The notes: generated by a model from the letters alone, not told the origin. Numbered from the stretch's first letter, positions 43,566 through 56,296 are shown. The stretch: 64,000 nt of DNA from an uncultured Nitrososphaeraceae archaeon (GCA_963825865.1 CAWGVG010000062.1:32001-96000), one strand, 5' to 3'. Numbers and translations: made by a program.

Positions 43566-44524
43566 ACATGAGAACACCATTGTCATGTACTGCGGTTGCG
43601 TCGTCTTCTACCGCTAATTTAGGTCCAGGTTATGACGTATTCGGTCTAGGTCTTGATGCGTTTAGAGACAGAGTCAAGATTACCAGAAGTCAAGACAAAT
43701 CAAGGCAAATATCTATAGAAATGACAGGAGAATTTGGCAAGTCAATTTCGTCTGATGCGGAAGCCAATTCTGCTGGTTTAGTAGTAAAAAAGATGTCTGA
43801 AGATTTTGATATACATTACGGCCTTAACATTAAAGTTGTAAAAGGGGTCCCAGCAGGATTTGGAATGGGCAGGAGCGCTGCATCAGCAGGAGCAGCTGCA
43901 GTAGCATTTGATAGATTATTCTACCTTAAAATCGAGAAAACGAAATTAGTAGAATATGTGGCTGAAGGCGAGATTGCTAGTGCAGGAACAAAGCACTACG
44001 ATAACGTTTCAGGATTGATACTTGGCGGATTTGTCATTGTTAGAACCAATCCAGACTAGAATTTATCAGGATAGACCCCCCAAAAGATCTTGTTTTTGTT
44101 ATCGCAATTCCACTAATAAAACTACCAGAGAGAAAGACTGAATTTGCAAGAAGTGTATTGCCTAAAGACGTCCCATTTAGAAGTGTTATTCACAATGTAT
44201 CAAATGCTCGCCAATGTTGTTGCAGGATTTATTTTGAAAGATATACGAATGATTGCAAAAGGCATAGATGATATCATAGTGGAGCCCGCAAGAAGGCACT
44301 TAATTCCGGGTTATGATGCAGTTAAAAAGAATGCCTTGGAATCTGGCGCTCTTGCAGTAGCAATTAGTGGTGCAGGGCCATCAATGATTTCATTTTTGAA
44401 AACTGGTAAAAATAAAAAGCTTGTCGCAGAGTCAATGGAGCCGGTTTTAGCGAAGTAAAAATAAAAAGCAGAACCTTTGTCTGCCATGCAAGGCAGCAGA
44501 GCCAAAGTAGTATCAATAAAATAG
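43562..44524 (+). CDS. thrB: Homoserine kinase (frameshifted)
   Basis: STANLGPGYDVFG, KGVPAGFGMG.SAASA, HYDNV and ISGAGPS. Confidence 0.93.
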
Positions 44525-44536
44525 CGAAAAATGACT

Positions 44537-45403
44537 CTACTTCTTCTTGCCTTTGTTCAAGAACTCAGACATCATTTTCTGCCTGTCTTCATGGGCAAAG
44601 CATAGCGCCCAGCCATAAATTTCCAAACGGAGTCCTGTATCAATATCTGCATCCATTCCTTTGTTGATTAGCATTTTACTAATTTTGACAGCAGTGAAGC
44701 TATTCTTTGTAATTTCCTTCGCAAGAGCCAGACATTCTTCCATTAGCTTTTTATTAAGAATCTTTAGCTAGTTCGTTTGCTCTTTCTTTTTCACTAGATG
44801 CATTGTCTTTAGGCGCCTCTGGTTGTAATTGATCTTCTGGTCCTAAACTAACCACTTTGTTAACAAGACCAATTTGTGTCTGCCTCTTCTGCTGTGATCA
44901 TTTTACCCGTGAAGACCAGTTCTTTTGCCTTTGCTGGGCCAACAATTCTTAATAGTCGTTGTGATCCACCCCATCCTGGTGGAATACCTATTGTGACTTC
45001 AGGCTGGCCAATTTTAGCATTACTCGAGGCAATTCTGATATCACAGACCAAAGCCAGTTCACAACCGCCTCCTAATGCAAATCCGTTAATTGCAGCAATA
45101 ACTGGTTTATCTAATTTTTCTATTTTATTGAGTACTGCTTGAGCTGAAGTTGCATATTTTTCGGCCCTGATTGGAGTCAATGTTGACCATATACGCTATA
45201 TCTGCCCCTGCACAGAAAGATCTTTCTCCAGCACCCGTAATGATTAGAGCTTTTATACCGTCATCACTACTAACGATGTCAATTGTACGCGATAATTCAG
45301 CTATAACATCTGTGTTTACAGCATTTAGGGCGTCTGGTCTGTTAATTTTGATGATAGCAATATCTCCCAGTGGTTCAAGTTGGATATATTTCATAGTAGA
45401 CAT
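44537..45403 (-). CDS. Enoyl-CoA hydratase, likely the 3-hydroxypropionyl-CoA dehydratase/crotonyl-CoA hydratase of the 3HP/4HB cycle (frameshifted)
   Basis: [37 protein letters not shown] and [19 protein letters not shown]. Confidence 0.88.
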
Positions 45404-45575
45404 AAAGAAAAAGGCACTATATCTTTAAATTAAACCTTATCAATTGAGTATGCTTATTTGTTTCAATTACGAGCAGGGATAGGGATACGTATTAGCGGAT
45501 GAATAAAGACCCATTAACTTATATAACATATGGAGTCACACAGGAAGATTTAAACAGAAGTGAATTTTTGCTCCG

Positions 45576-47281
45576 TTAGGCACCTGCCATACCATTACGA
45601 AGTTCAACTGCCTTGTGATTATCACCTTCTGCTTCAGCAACCGCTTTATGCATTTCAGACAATGCACAACCCATTTCAGCTTCCGGTTTACCTCTTCTCA
45701 TCAAACCTCTGTAAAGACCAGCTTCCAGAGTTTGCCCATGTGCTTTTTCCCATTCTTCTACAGGGATACTGAATTTCTTTTGGATTCTGTCTCTGTACCA
45801 TTCAGGAATAACATTGAAGGCACAGAAAGGGATAATTCTAAGGTCTGGTGTCAGGTAGTGAATATCACATCTCTGCAATCTTTCAAGGTCTTCATTGTAT
45901 TTGTCCTGAAAGTGCATCATTCCTAAGAATAGTGATCTTACATGCCATGATCCGACTGAATCAAAGTTACGCTTTAGCAATATGCTTGAGAACATCTTAG
46001 CAAGGTCAAGACCGTATGGTTGCTTGCTTCTGTCAACAAACTGGCTCAGCTTCGTACAACTCCTAACATTGTCCAGTACCTATTGGCACCGGATTTAATT
46101 TCATCTGACTTTTCTTCAAAGTATTCTAGCAAACCTTTAAGATCAACAAATGCGGTCAACGGGATTAATTTCTTTGTCTGAGTGTCTTCAAAAATGTATG
46201 TACCTGCACCGCAGGCAAAGTGAATTGATAGTTCATATTTTGGTTTCTTGCTGAAAGCTTCAATAATATTCGTTAGAGGCATGCATGATGGAACCGGGAA
46301 CCATGCATCTGTAGTGACTTCGCCATTTGTTTGCTCTTCAATTCGTTCAATGCAATCAGGAATTGTTATTCTATATTTTTCACGCTCCTTCTTTGTCATT
46401 CGACCTGTTAGTGATACTGGTTGGAAATTGACTGCATGAACAACATCTAAGTTCTTTTGAGCATGTCTAATGATTCCACCCAATTCATGATCATTGATTG
46501 ATTTAATTACAGTTGGTACAAATACTACTGTCATGCCACACTTTCTAGCAGATTCTAGAGCATACGGTATTTCCCAATGATTCTTGGGATTAGTTCTAGG
46601 AGTAACACCATCAAATGAGAGATAGAGATTATTTACACCTGCCATTCTTACCTGTCGCATAGTTTCTGGAGATAGGGCCAATTTAATACCATTAGTATTG
46701 AGCTGAACGTGATCTACCCCTTCTTCCTTCATTAACTTGATAACTTCAGTTATGTCGTCTCTGAGCATTGGTTCTCCTCCCGTAATCTGAATAGAATTGC
46801 CTGCTATCGGTCTTTCCGCTTTCAGAGTCTTCATCATTGCTCTCACTTGTTCATGATTTGGTTCATAGAGATAAGCGCCTTCAAGTCCTTTCTTAACATA
46901 GAAAAAACAATACCAACATGTTAGATCGCATCTATTGGTAACAATCATGTTAGCCAAACCAGAATGTGAAAGGTGGTTTGTACAGAGACCACAGTTAGTG
47001 GGACATGCACATTTGTCTATCATAACGTTTGGAGCCTGAGCACCTTTTCCATCCATCCAATATGTGCTAAATTTCTTGTACATCTCATACGATCCAAAGT
47101 ACAATTCCTCACATTCCCCATGGGTTGGGCAAGTCTTAGTCATGTATACCTTGCCTTCTCTTTCAAAAACTTCTGCATCTAATATCATATTACAGTCTGG
47201 ACAGATACTTTGCGTATACCTAATTGTTTTTCTAACAGATGTGTTCTGATTAGACAGATTAGAAATTTGTATTAAATCCAT
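45576..47281 (-). CDS. tes: Tetraether lipid synthase Tes (GDGT macrocyclase, radical SAM; frameshift near 46050)
   Basis: N-terminal SICPDC...KTCPTHG, CPTNCGLC, TNRCDLTCWYCFF and MHFQD.YN.DLERLQRCDIHY...IIPFC. Confidence 0.9.
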
Positions 47282-47453
47282 ATCTATTACCTAAAGTGTT
47301 GTTTAACAAGTCGGTACTTTTTTATATATAAAGATACCCTCACGATTCATAAGGTGTTTAGTTAGCTGTCAGCAAAATACATGGCATCATCAACGGGAAT
47401 TAAGCATAAAACAAGCTTATATTACAGCATAGAATTCACTTTTGTCATAAATA

Positions 47454-48254
47454 ATGAGTATAAGCGACAAGTCAAGGAAAGCAATGGAAAGCCTTGGCTT
47501 GACAGGTTATGAGATTAAAGTTTACCTATCGCTTGTAGAAATAGGGTCAATGATAGCTTCTGACATCAGTAAAAAATCAGGAGTTCCATACTCTAAAATT
47601 TACGAAGTTCTAAACAGTTTGGAAGACAAAGGCTGGCTGGAATCTGACAGTTCCAGACCACAGAAATTCTTTCCCAAATCGCCATTAACTGCACTTGAAG
47701 TTATGCGAATGCGCATTGAAAGCGGTATTAAGGATAATGAAAGCTTGATTATTAGCGAATTGATGCCAATCTATGAAAAGAGTGGCATAAAAGAACGGCC
47801 AGAAATCTGGGTCGTCAGAGGAATTTACAATATTGCTGCCAAAGTAAGCGAGATTATTCAAACCTGCCAGCAGGAACTGCTGATAGCCTTACCTCAAGTT
47901 GCCGAAGATGTAGCAAAACCAGTACAGCCAATGTTGAGAATGTTACATGAAAGAGGAGTAAAAATAACGGTTCTTGCTTCTGAAGAAACCAATCCAGATA
48001 CGGTACGTGCCATATCAAGAGTTGCAGATGTTAAACTTAAAAATAACATGTTCGGAGGTGGCGTAATTGGTGATAGCAAACAGGTGATGATATTGTTAGG
48101 CGAAGGAAGAGGTGAGAAAGGAAGCTTTGAACCAATTGCTATTTGGGCAGAGCATACAGGTCTTGCAAGATTTGCAAAGGATTATTTTCACTATCTATGG
48201 GTAGATGCAAGTAACAAGGAAAAGAATAGCAGTCATAACAAGAAAAGTAGATAA
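47454..48254 (+). CDS. TrmB-family transcriptional regulator
   Basis: LGLTGYEIKVYLSL...SGVPYSKIYEVLNSLEDKGW plus an effector domain. Confidence 0.92.
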   Translation: MSISDKSRKAMESLGLTGYEIKVYLSLVEIGSMIASDISKKSGVPYSKIYEVLNSLEDKGWLESDSSRPQKFFPKSPLTALEVMRMRIESGIKDNESLIISELMPIYEKSGIKERPEIWVVRGIYNIAAKVSEIIQTCQQELLIALPQVAEDVAKPVQPMLRMLHERGVKITVLASEETNPDTVRAISRVADVKLKNNMFGGGVIGDSKQVMILLGEGRGEKGSFEPIAIWAEHTGLARFAKDYFHYLWVDASNKEKNSSHNKKSR

Positions 48255-48783
48255 ATCAATAATACTTCCGTCGTAAGCATTGGTTACATTTATCTTTTAA
48301 TTTTATAGGACCACACTCATTTAATTATCGATAGTAACTTGTAAAGATTATTGCAAAAAGATCAAAGTGGAACTTCATTTAACAACTGAATCGAAGCATT
48401 TGAAGGCAATATTGCATGTAAGGCAAAAAGGCAGAAGTAGTCAAAGTTTCTTTTGCCAAAACGCTCAGTGTTACACACACTTTTTGTTGACCAGATGCCC
48501 AGAATAGGGAGATATAGGAAGATCGTCGTTTTTATGTTGCAATATTGATAATCTAAATGGACAAACGATGACGAAACTAGCCCTACTGACTTATGAAGTG
48601 GATCTTGAGTTAGGAGTTTGTCCTGTAGTTCAAGATTGTTATTATTCACTTTTTTCTAATGATCATACGCTCTTATCAAATAGAATAAAGTTTGACTAAT
48701 TATTAATGAGAACTTAACCAACAATACTTTGAATCGATAATAAAGAGTAAAATAGGAAAGGAGCAGTATAAAATATATTTCAA

Positions 48784-49038
48784 ATGACAAAAACCTGTTT
48801 AAAGTGCCAAAAGACATTTAATGAAAACACAATTGATGATCCTAATGCAGAGAAATATCCTTCTTGTCAGGATTGCTGGAAAGAATGGGGAGATTACGCT
48901 GTAATGGTCATGAATGAAATGAGACTAGACATGTCTCTTCCAGAGCATAGAAGGACACTTCGGAAATATGAAAAAATATTCTTCGGTTTAGAAAAGCCAG
49001 AAGGAGAATTGCAAAAGAATCCTGACAAACGACCATAG
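48784..49038 (+). CDS. YggX-like Fe(II)-trafficking protein with two CxxC motifs
   Basis: CWKEW...MVMNEMRLDMSLPEHRRTL...FFG matches the YggX pattern. Confidence 0.75.
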   Translation: MTKTCLKCQKTFNENTIDDPNAEKYPSCQDCWKEWGDYAVMVMNEMRLDMSLPEHRRTLRKYEKIFFGLEKPEGELQKNPDKRP

Positions 49039-49050
49039 TGACGGTACAAG

Positions 49051-49404
49051 TTATTTTATTTTTAATATTTTTAACGCAGGCTTAGGAATAATCTCTAGCA
49101 GTTCGTATCTGTTTGGAAAAGAGAGAATTACCTCTTTTAAGCAATCAGCCAGTTTTTCCTTCTGCTTATCTTGAAGTGAGCAGAAGACATTGATTAGAGA
49201 TTCAATATTTAAATTTTCAATAGCTTTGGGGTTCATTAATATTTCTTCGCAGTAAATTCTGACCATATTACTTATTCTCACTCCGTCAAACTCAGATAAA
49301 ACCTCCATCCATGTTTTCATTAATACAGATAATACGCTGGCTTCTATTGTAGAAGCCGCTTTTAATACCATGGATATGGTTTCATGTTTATCACGCTCTT
49401 CCAT
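49051..49404 (-). CDS. Hypothetical protein (may extend upstream via a frameshift)
   Basis: 117-aa helical ORF. Confidence 0.6.
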   Translation of the reverse strand: MEERDKHETISMVLKAASTIEASVLSVLMKTWMEVLSEFDGVRISNMVRIYCEEILMNPKAIENLNIESLINVFCSLQDKQKEKLADCLKEVILSFPNRYELLEIIPKPALKILKIK

Positions 49405-49589
49405 TAAATAGAATTCCCGCAGTTGGTTTGAAGCATTGATTTTCTTAGAAAATCTGGAAGGTTTGCAAGAATTTTAATAATGTTTCCAGCCATCTTTGAG
49501 TTAATAGACACTGCATGTTCTAATTCATAGGAAGTTATTTAAAAGATATAATTCAAACTATTTTTAAACTAGCTTAAATAAGGACGTAT

Positions 49590-50613
49590 TTGAACAAGCC
49601 TTATATGCCGTGTCTAGTAATAGTCGGAGGATTTTTTGGGGATGAAGGAAAAGGAAAGATTATCGCATATCTTGCTAAAAAGGACAATGTTTCGATTGCA
49701 GTCAGAGGGGGGGTAGGTCCTAATGCAGGTCATACGTTTTCTTTCAGAGGTATAACATACAAAGTTCGAATGCTGCCCTAGTGCAGCGCTAAATCCATCT
49801 ACCAGACTATTGATAGGGGCCGGAGTGTTAATTAATCCAGAAATTTTGTTAAATGAGATTGGAATGTTCAACGCAGCTGACAGAACTTTTGTTGATTCGC
49901 AATGTGGCATTATTGAAAAAGGTCATATTGATGAGGATAATGCGGAACATCATCTTAAAGTTGATATAGGTACAACAGGAACTGGTACCGGTCCTGCAAA
50001 TGCAGATAGAGCGTTGCGAACTTTGAAACTGGCAAAAGATCTTCCAGAATTATCAGTATATATGGATAATGTGAGCAATTCTGTTAATTATGCCTTAGAT
50101 AATAATAGCAATATAATCATCGAAGGCACGCAGGGGACTTTTCTATCCTTATATCATGGAGGATATCCTTATGTAACTTCTAAGGATGTTTCCGCTTCAG
50201 GCATTTGTTCTGACGTAGGAATTGGTCCAAAAAAAGTTGATGAGGTTCTTGTTGTTTTCAAAGCATACGTCACACGCGTCGGTGGAGGTCCCTTGCAAAA
50301 CGAGATTAGTAGCGAGGATATTAATAGACGTGGTTGGGAAGAATTCGGGAGTGTGACTGGGAGACAAAGAAGGGCTTCGCCTTTTAACATGGATCTCGCA
50401 AAGAAAGCAATTACATTGAACAGTGCAACTCAGTTAGCAATTACCAAACTCGATGTGGTCTTTCCTGAAAGTGCTGGGATAAGGGAATTCGCAAAATTAG
50501 AAGCACAATCTAGATTGTTTATCGAGAATATAGAAGCAGAAACAGGATTGAGAGTAACACTGATAGGAACCGGTGTAGATTTAAATGATGTAATTGACCG
50601 TAGAGGGAGATGA
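49590..50613 (+). CDS. purA: Adenylosuccinate synthetase, short archaeal type (frameshift near 49778)
   Basis: [35 protein letters not shown] and TKLD. Confidence 0.95.
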
Positions 50614-51078
50614 ATGATTCTTGGGTGCGGCCATCGTCTTGACTCATTCCTATGGTAATTGTGATCACCTTACAATCGAAATTTCGAACATGTCCCTAAG
50701 CTATTTTCAATTCGGCCAACGGCGTTTTTACTTTGACACTCAAATAAGTTTTGATTTTATGAACTTGATGTAGTCTTCACCGAATTCCCTTGGCTGATAT
50801 TTTTAGTCTTTATTGATGTCAGAGGGACTTTTCTTTATAGCATGCCTTTGTTTTAGATCCAAGGTGGCATACTTAACATTACTATGTGTATACCAGAATG
50901 ACGAGGAATCGTCTGCAATTATTAATAAGATAAAATCTTGCTTGATTTATTTATTTTTGGGTTCTCAGTTTATTATTACAATTACAATTAATCATGTATA
51001 TGAAATACGAATCTATAAAATTATAGCATTAGTTGCGCAGATGAGTTTAATAGTGTACTTAATAAGAATAATGACAAA

Positions 51079-51780
51079 TTGCAACTCAAATCTCCCTTCT
51101 ACATTGAACTATGCAACATGAAAGATTTCGGCAGGCTAGTATGTGCATTAGAACGTGCCCCTTTACCGGCTTTTTCGTTAATTTTAAATAATGAACATGT
51201 ATTTGCAGTCCAAACTGATTTTATAAACGGTAGACCTGTCATTTATTTTGTTAAAAGCCTGCAAATCAAAGATGGCCAGTATCTCGCCTACAGAGTTACT
51301 GGAGGCACGGAAGAAGTTATAGTGGTTGATTCAGTCGCCAATCCAACTTTTGTTTATTCACCGATAATTAACATCGATACGTTTCCTCGCACTCTTACAA
51401 AAACAGCAAGGATTGACAAGAAATCTGGATATATATCGATAAAATTGAGGGATTTAGCGAGTCTTGCCAAAGTTGCAGCCTATAAGACAATCTATGACGA
51501 ACCCCCACTACCACTATTCCTCTTTAAGGAAAATAGTAACAACAACAGTCATTATAGAAAATTTGTAATCGGAGCTGCAATGAGTCTAAGTGAATCTGAT
51601 ACTATATCATACTTTTATTATATTCTTCTTGATGAAGAACCAAAAGATCCCTTTTTACGTTTCTCTAGCCAGAAGGTGGAACAACCATCTTTTTCTAATA
51701 GAATAGACGAACACGGTCATATCTATCTAAAGTTGATCAAGCTTGCTAATAATCACCCGCTGGTCGGAATCTATGGCTAA
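51079..51780 (+). CDS. Hypothetical protein with internal duplication
   Basis: 233-aa ORF with two similar halves (IELCNMKDFGRL / IKLRDLASLAKV); overlaps the pyrF start. Confidence 0.75.
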   Translation: MQLKSPFYIELCNMKDFGRLVCALERAPLPAFSLILNNEHVFAVQTDFINGRPVIYFVKSLQIKDGQYLAYRVTGGTEEVIVVDSVANPTFVYSPIINIDTFPRTLTKTARIDKKSGYISIKLRDLASLAKVAAYKTIYDEPPLPLFLFKENSNNNSHYRKFVIGAAMSLSESDTISYFYYILLDEEPKDPFLRFSSQKVEQPSFSNRIDEHGHIYLKLIKLANNHPLVGIYG

Positions 51781-52535
51781 ACTGTCTTCATTCCGTGAAA
51801 GAATAGATAACAGTTCAAAATACAAAAACAGCCAAATAGTTCTATCCCTCGATCCATCCCCCAGGAGCGATCTGATAAGATTCGTCAAAGAGACAATTAC
51901 TCTTCTCAAAAAGCATATCTGTGCAATCAAGATCAACTTTCATCTTATCTTACCATTATCTATCTCCCAGATATCAGAAATAAATGACCTAGTCCATTCT
52001 TACGAATTGCAATCTATTGCAGATATAAAGTTAAATGATATTATCAGTACCTAACGAAATTGCTATTGGCTATCTTTTGAAAATGGGTTTCGACGCAGTA
52101 ATAGTTAATCCATTAATCGGAAAAAATGCGTTGCAATTTGCAGTAAATCAGGCTCACAAAATGAATGCGGGTATTATCGCATTAATATATATGAGCCATC
52201 CTGGAGCAAAGGAAGGCTTTGGCATTAATGTAATAAAGCAGGCCAAAAATAGTAATAATAAAATTACGTCTATGTATAAAGTGTTTCTCGAGTATGCCTA
52301 CACGTCTCAAGTAGACGGTATTGTAGTTGGTGCTACACAAATAGATATTTTGAAAGAAATATCTAGCCAAAGGAAGGCTCCTATTTATTCGCCAGGATTT
52401 GGGACGCAGGGGGGAGATATAAAACAGGCTGCTAAGAGTGGTACTGATTACTTTATTATCGGCAGTTCAATTATTGGATCAAAAGATCCTTTAAATGTGG
52501 TCAAAGAGATACAACGTCAAATTTATTGTATTTAG
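51773..52535 (+). CDS. pyrF: Orotidine 5'-phosphate decarboxylase (frameshift near 52045)
   Basis: IADIKLNDI, VVGAT and SPGFGTQGG. Confidence 0.93.
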
Positions 52536-53011
52536 TATTTATTAACACAATTTCCTTCCAAAAAGATTTTGGCATCTTTTAAGAGATTCTTTGCATTCAT
52601 ATAAGTTAGTTGGTTCATTGCCTTGTCATATCTCGTCCATGCGTGTCCAATATGTTCATTAGAGAGTATAACTTTTCTTGTATTAGTTTTACTAATGTAG
52701 AAAATAACCTCTTTTTGAATTGATTTTCGTCCACGTTTGTAACGATATTCTATTTTCTTTCTAAAACCTTTCAGAAACTCTACATCTTGAACTCCAGTTT
52801 CTTCGAGTATTTCTCGACGGGCAGTCTGTAATTCATCTTCCTCTGCTTCTATATTTCCCTTTGGAAAATCCCAATGGCCTGATACATAGTGTAATAGTAA
52901 AAATTCTTTTTCACCAGACCCTTTATCAATCGAAAACATGATTGCGCCTGAAGATCGTTCATATGCCAATGACTTAGGTTTGATCCTTATTATCATAAGA
53001 ATCTTCTTCAA
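52532..53011 (-). CDS. NUDIX hydrolase (Ap4A hydrolase-like)
   Basis: HWDFPKGNIEAEEDELQTARREILEETG Nudix box and LSNEH. Confidence 0.9.
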   Translation of the reverse strand: MKKILMIIRIKPKSLAYERSSGAIMFSIDKGSGEKEFLLLHYVSGHWDFPKGNIEAEEDELQTARREILEETGVQDVEFLKGFRKKIEYRYKRGRKSIQKEVIFYISKTNTRKVILSNEHIGHAWTRYDKAMNQLTYMNAKNLLKDAKIFLEGNCVNKY

Positions 53012-53194
53012 TCTGTTATATTTTGTGGCATATAATCATGAAGATCTTTCCACTCCTGCAGTGTCATCCAATAGTTGCAATACCATTTTTGTGAACCTGA
53101 ATTATAATCTCCATGCTCGGGCATTTAAGTATCCAACTATTTCTTCCTATTTTAATACAATCTATATCAGTTAATCCATAGGTGGGTAAACATA

Positions 53195-53992
53195 TTATTT
53201 GCCAAATCTTCGTATTCTGCGTTGGTAAGTTCTGATGGCTCGCATTAAATCGATTTTACGAAACCCCGGCCAAAATACATCCATAAACACTAATTCGCTA
53301 TATGCACTCTGCCATACAAGAAAGCCGCTTAGACGTTTTTCTCCGGATGTTCTTAGTATTAAATCAGGTTCTGGCTGCGGTAAATGGGATGTGTATAGAC
53401 ATGATTCAATTACCTTTTCATCAATATCCTCCTCTTTGATTTTCCCAGATTTAACCATTAATACAATTTTCTTTATAGCGTCAACAAGTTCTTTTTGTCC
53501 CCCATAAGCAATAGCGATATTGAGAAACATAGAATTATATTCCGCAGTGACTTTCTCAAGTTTGATCAAAATATCTTGCAGCGATCTTGGCAGAAGATTG
53601 ACATTTCCTATTGCCTTAATTTTCATTTTGCGTTTATGTATTCTTGAATCTTTATACAGTTTCTCGAGCTTTATGTGTAAGACCTTGTATATGTTGTCTA
53701 GTTCTTCGTCTTTTCTCTCCAAATTCTCGTTTGATAAAACGTATAATGTCGTAATCTTGATACGAAGATCATGTATCCAATTCAAAAGATCTTCTGCTTT
53801 ATCAGCACCCATAAAATGACCACTGTTTATTCCAACAAAGTTGTATTTTGCCCATCTTCGATTGCCGTCTAAGATTATGGCAATATGGTTAGGAAGTGAA
53901 TCCTTCAGAATTTGTGATTCTAATCGCTGTTCATAGATACTATAAAGACCGCTATGTTTAAGAATAGATTCTACAAAAGCCTTACTTCCCAA
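53195..53992 (-). CDS. uppS: cis-Polyprenyl diphosphate synthase
   Basis: HIAIILDGNRRWA and PDLILRTSGEKRLSGFLVWQSAYSE. Confidence 0.95.
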   Translation of the reverse strand: MGSKAFVESILKHSGLYSIYEQRLESQILKDSLPNHIAIILDGNRRWAKYNFVGINSGHFMGADKAEDLLNWIHDLRIKITTLYVLSNENLERKDEELDNIYKVLHIKLEKLYKDSRIHKRKMKIKAIGNVNLLPRSLQDILIKLEKVTAEYNSMFLNIAIAYGGQKELVDAIKKIVLMVKSGKIKEEDIDEKVIESCLYTSHLPQPEPDLILRTSGEKRLSGFLVWQSAYSELVFMDVFWPGFRKIDLMRAIRTYQRRIRRFGK

Positions 53993-54101
53993 ATCCTATA
54001 TCTCCATTTGTCTACATCATTTAACAGGTCAAACAATGATTTTATTGTTATTATAAAAGAAATTTATTAGAATTAGAAGGTCGTTTTGATATTTGTTGCT
54101 A

Positions 54102-55262
54102 TCAATGCTTCAAGGCTTCTCCCCCTTTCTTATTTCTAAAATATTGGAATAAGAAAGTGGCCGCTACCAATGTTGTGGCTAAACCTATGAGAAGAGATGA
54201 AATCAATGTAAATGGACTCGTACGTTCGGTTAAAACTGATGTAAATTGCAGGATAGGAAAATAGAGCAATGCAAGTACTACTAGACGTAAGATATCTGAC
54301 ATGGCCGTTACACTTCCCTTAAACCAGTTGCTTAACAGTGTACCTACAAATATCGTGGCAATACCAATCCACAGGAGTGTAATGGTACCGTGAACAAAGC
54401 TCCCGACAATTACTCTATCTTTAAGTATATTCATAACCCCCATATTAGGTGTGATCGCTTCTGGAGGAATACTTGAAACTCCGTTCGCTAATGATGCAAG
54501 TATAATCAGCACGCCAGCAAAAGCTGAGAATATTTTAATGAAGGCGGTGGGCGTGGGTCTTCCAAGAGAAACTAATGCTTTGTCTATATCGAATGCACGA
54601 ATAATGAAAGCACCACCTAGTATACTCAATGCTAAAGCTATAGCCTCCCTTGTTAACCCGAAAACTGTAGCAAGACCGCTCGCAACTAATAATGCCCCCG
54701 GAACCCCTAGAAAGAATTTTGAATACCGCGGGTCGTAAACGAGCATTTTAATGTATCTACCTAGAACTGCATAGGAATATTCAACACTCCGGCTATGTTT
54801 GATAATTATACGTTGAATAGATATGACTGGAATCATTGCTTGAATGATGGGGATAACTGTCTCATCGTCCTCACCGTCAGAGACGAGTACTGCTGCATCT
54901 GCCTTATACTTTGTAAGAATGTTCTGAATCTCCAAACTAATCTTTTCATCTGCTTCGATTCCACGATTAAACTTTCCGGCAACGAGAGCGACCTCCGAGT
55001 TATATCCCTTTGCAATAAGCTCTTCATACGTTTTAATTGCTCCAAAAATAGCATTAGCATCTGAATCTTCCGGATCTTCTATTGCTAATCTGGTTCCTGC
55101 GCTAATACAATGATCTCTACCTACAATAGGGGTTTCTATACCTCCCTTGGAACCAATATCATCATCTCTATCTATGCATAAAACAAGAATTCTACTATGG
55201 GTTGAAGATTTGGAGAAACTACTCCTTTGGGACATATCATCAGCATTAGATAGTGGAGACAT
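54102..55262 (-). CDS. DUF373-family archaeal membrane protein
   Basis: LVLCIDRDDDIG, DPEDSDAN and VSDGEDDE, followed by multiple TM helices; next to uppS. Confidence 0.88.
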   Translation of the reverse strand: MSPLSNADDMSQRSSFSKSSTHSRILVLCIDRDDDIGSKGGIETPIVGRDHCISAGTRLAIEDPEDSDANAIFGAIKTYEELIAKGYNSEVALVAGKFNRGIEADEKISLEIQNILTKYKADAAVLVSDGEDDETVIPIIQAMIPVISIQRIIIKHSRSVEYSYAVLGRYIKMLVYDPRYSKFFLGVPGALLVASGLATVFGLTREAIALALSILGGAFIIRAFDIDKALVSLGRPTPTAFIKIFSAFAGVLIILASLANGVSSIPPEAITPNMGVMNILKDRVIVGSFVHGTITLLWIGIATIFVGTLLSNWFKGSVTAMSDILRLVVLALLYFPILQFTSVLTERTSPFTLISSLLIGLATTLVAATFLFQYFRNKKGGEALKH

Positions 55263-55766
55263 CTCTCATTACAACCTACAATATAATTTACCTATTAATT
55301 AATTTATTTAACATTACTTTGGGGCAGTAAGATGCAGTTTTTTAGGATATTATTCTTGATCGAACTGATTTCTTCTGTTGTAATGAGAAATAACAAGAAA
55401 GCAGAACTTACCCCGACAGAGTGTATTGTATAATTTCTATAATCACTTATGGTTTTTTTTACCCCGCTTTCTTTGCTACTATTAGAATGAATCTGAACGT
55501 TGGATCCATATTAAGGTCCGCTCTTGTTATTTTCACTGCTTGCTATATCTATAATGACAAAGTTTAGATGAGGTTACGTGGGAGCAAGAATTGTAAATTT
55601 TTTTAGAGACGCTAGCATCAATAGGATTCGCCGCAGATATAATGATCTAAACTCTTCAATAGCAGTAGGTACTGGTTTCGTTTCATTACACTATAAGGCA
55701 CTTGTGATGTTCCGACCAATTATGCAAGGAGATCCTAAAAAAGAATAGATCATATGATTATATGGA

Positions 55767-56123
55767 ATGAACATCGATAGTGTTGAAGAAGTTTTAGAAT
55801 CAGAGTTAAAAATATCAAAGGAAGAAGCGAAACTATTCATATTAATCATACACAGTGGTAGAATGGATACAAGAAAAATAACTCAGATGCTCAATTGGTC
55901 TGTAACTGAAGCTGATGCGGTAGCAAAGTCACTTATCAGTAGAGGAATGATTATCGACATTACAAATACAGAATATGAATCTCTTCATCCAAGATTTGCT
56001 GTTACCAACCGATATAGAAGACGATGTGAAGAAGAGAACACCCCTTTTACAAAAAACTTAAAAGTGGATAAAATTGGCTTTATACTAGAGCGTCCTTATA
56101 ATGATGCAAGAAGAACTAAATAA
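55767..56123 (+). CDS. TrmB-like HTH protein
   Basis: LKISKEEAKLF...SLISRGMII...YESLHPRFA. Confidence 0.7.
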   Translation: MNIDSVEEVLESELKISKEEAKLFILIIHSGRMDTRKITQMLNWSVTEADAVAKSLISRGMIIDITNTEYESLHPRFAVTNRYRRRCEEENTPFTKNLKVDKIGFILERPYNDARRTK

Positions 56124-56296
56124 GGTGTTTTTCAGACTCAAGTAAATGGTCTGCATCAGGTCCAACAGGCATTGATAAGGTAGTATATTTTGGTGTCATT
56201 AATGTAAATGAGAACGCTAGAACTATTGGTGCTGTAGATATCTGGCGTAGCGTAATTACCAAGGAACTATTTTGTGAAGAAAAACGATTAGGAATT

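Noticed and set aside
44740-44860. Extra charged segment in the enoyl-CoA hydratase as an intein or intron
   Set aside because: It is short (~30 codons) and has no intein terminal residues or splice motif; likely a lineage-specific loop.
35731-52054. Programmed frameshifting or genuine pseudogenisation of core genes
   Set aside because: Too many unrelated essential genes are affected with no shared slippery motif; sequencing error is more parsimonious.
34543-54738. Numerous antisense ORFs inside rpl10, speB, tes, uppS, DUF373 and others
   Set aside because: They are shadow frames of well-supported genes with no motifs of their own.
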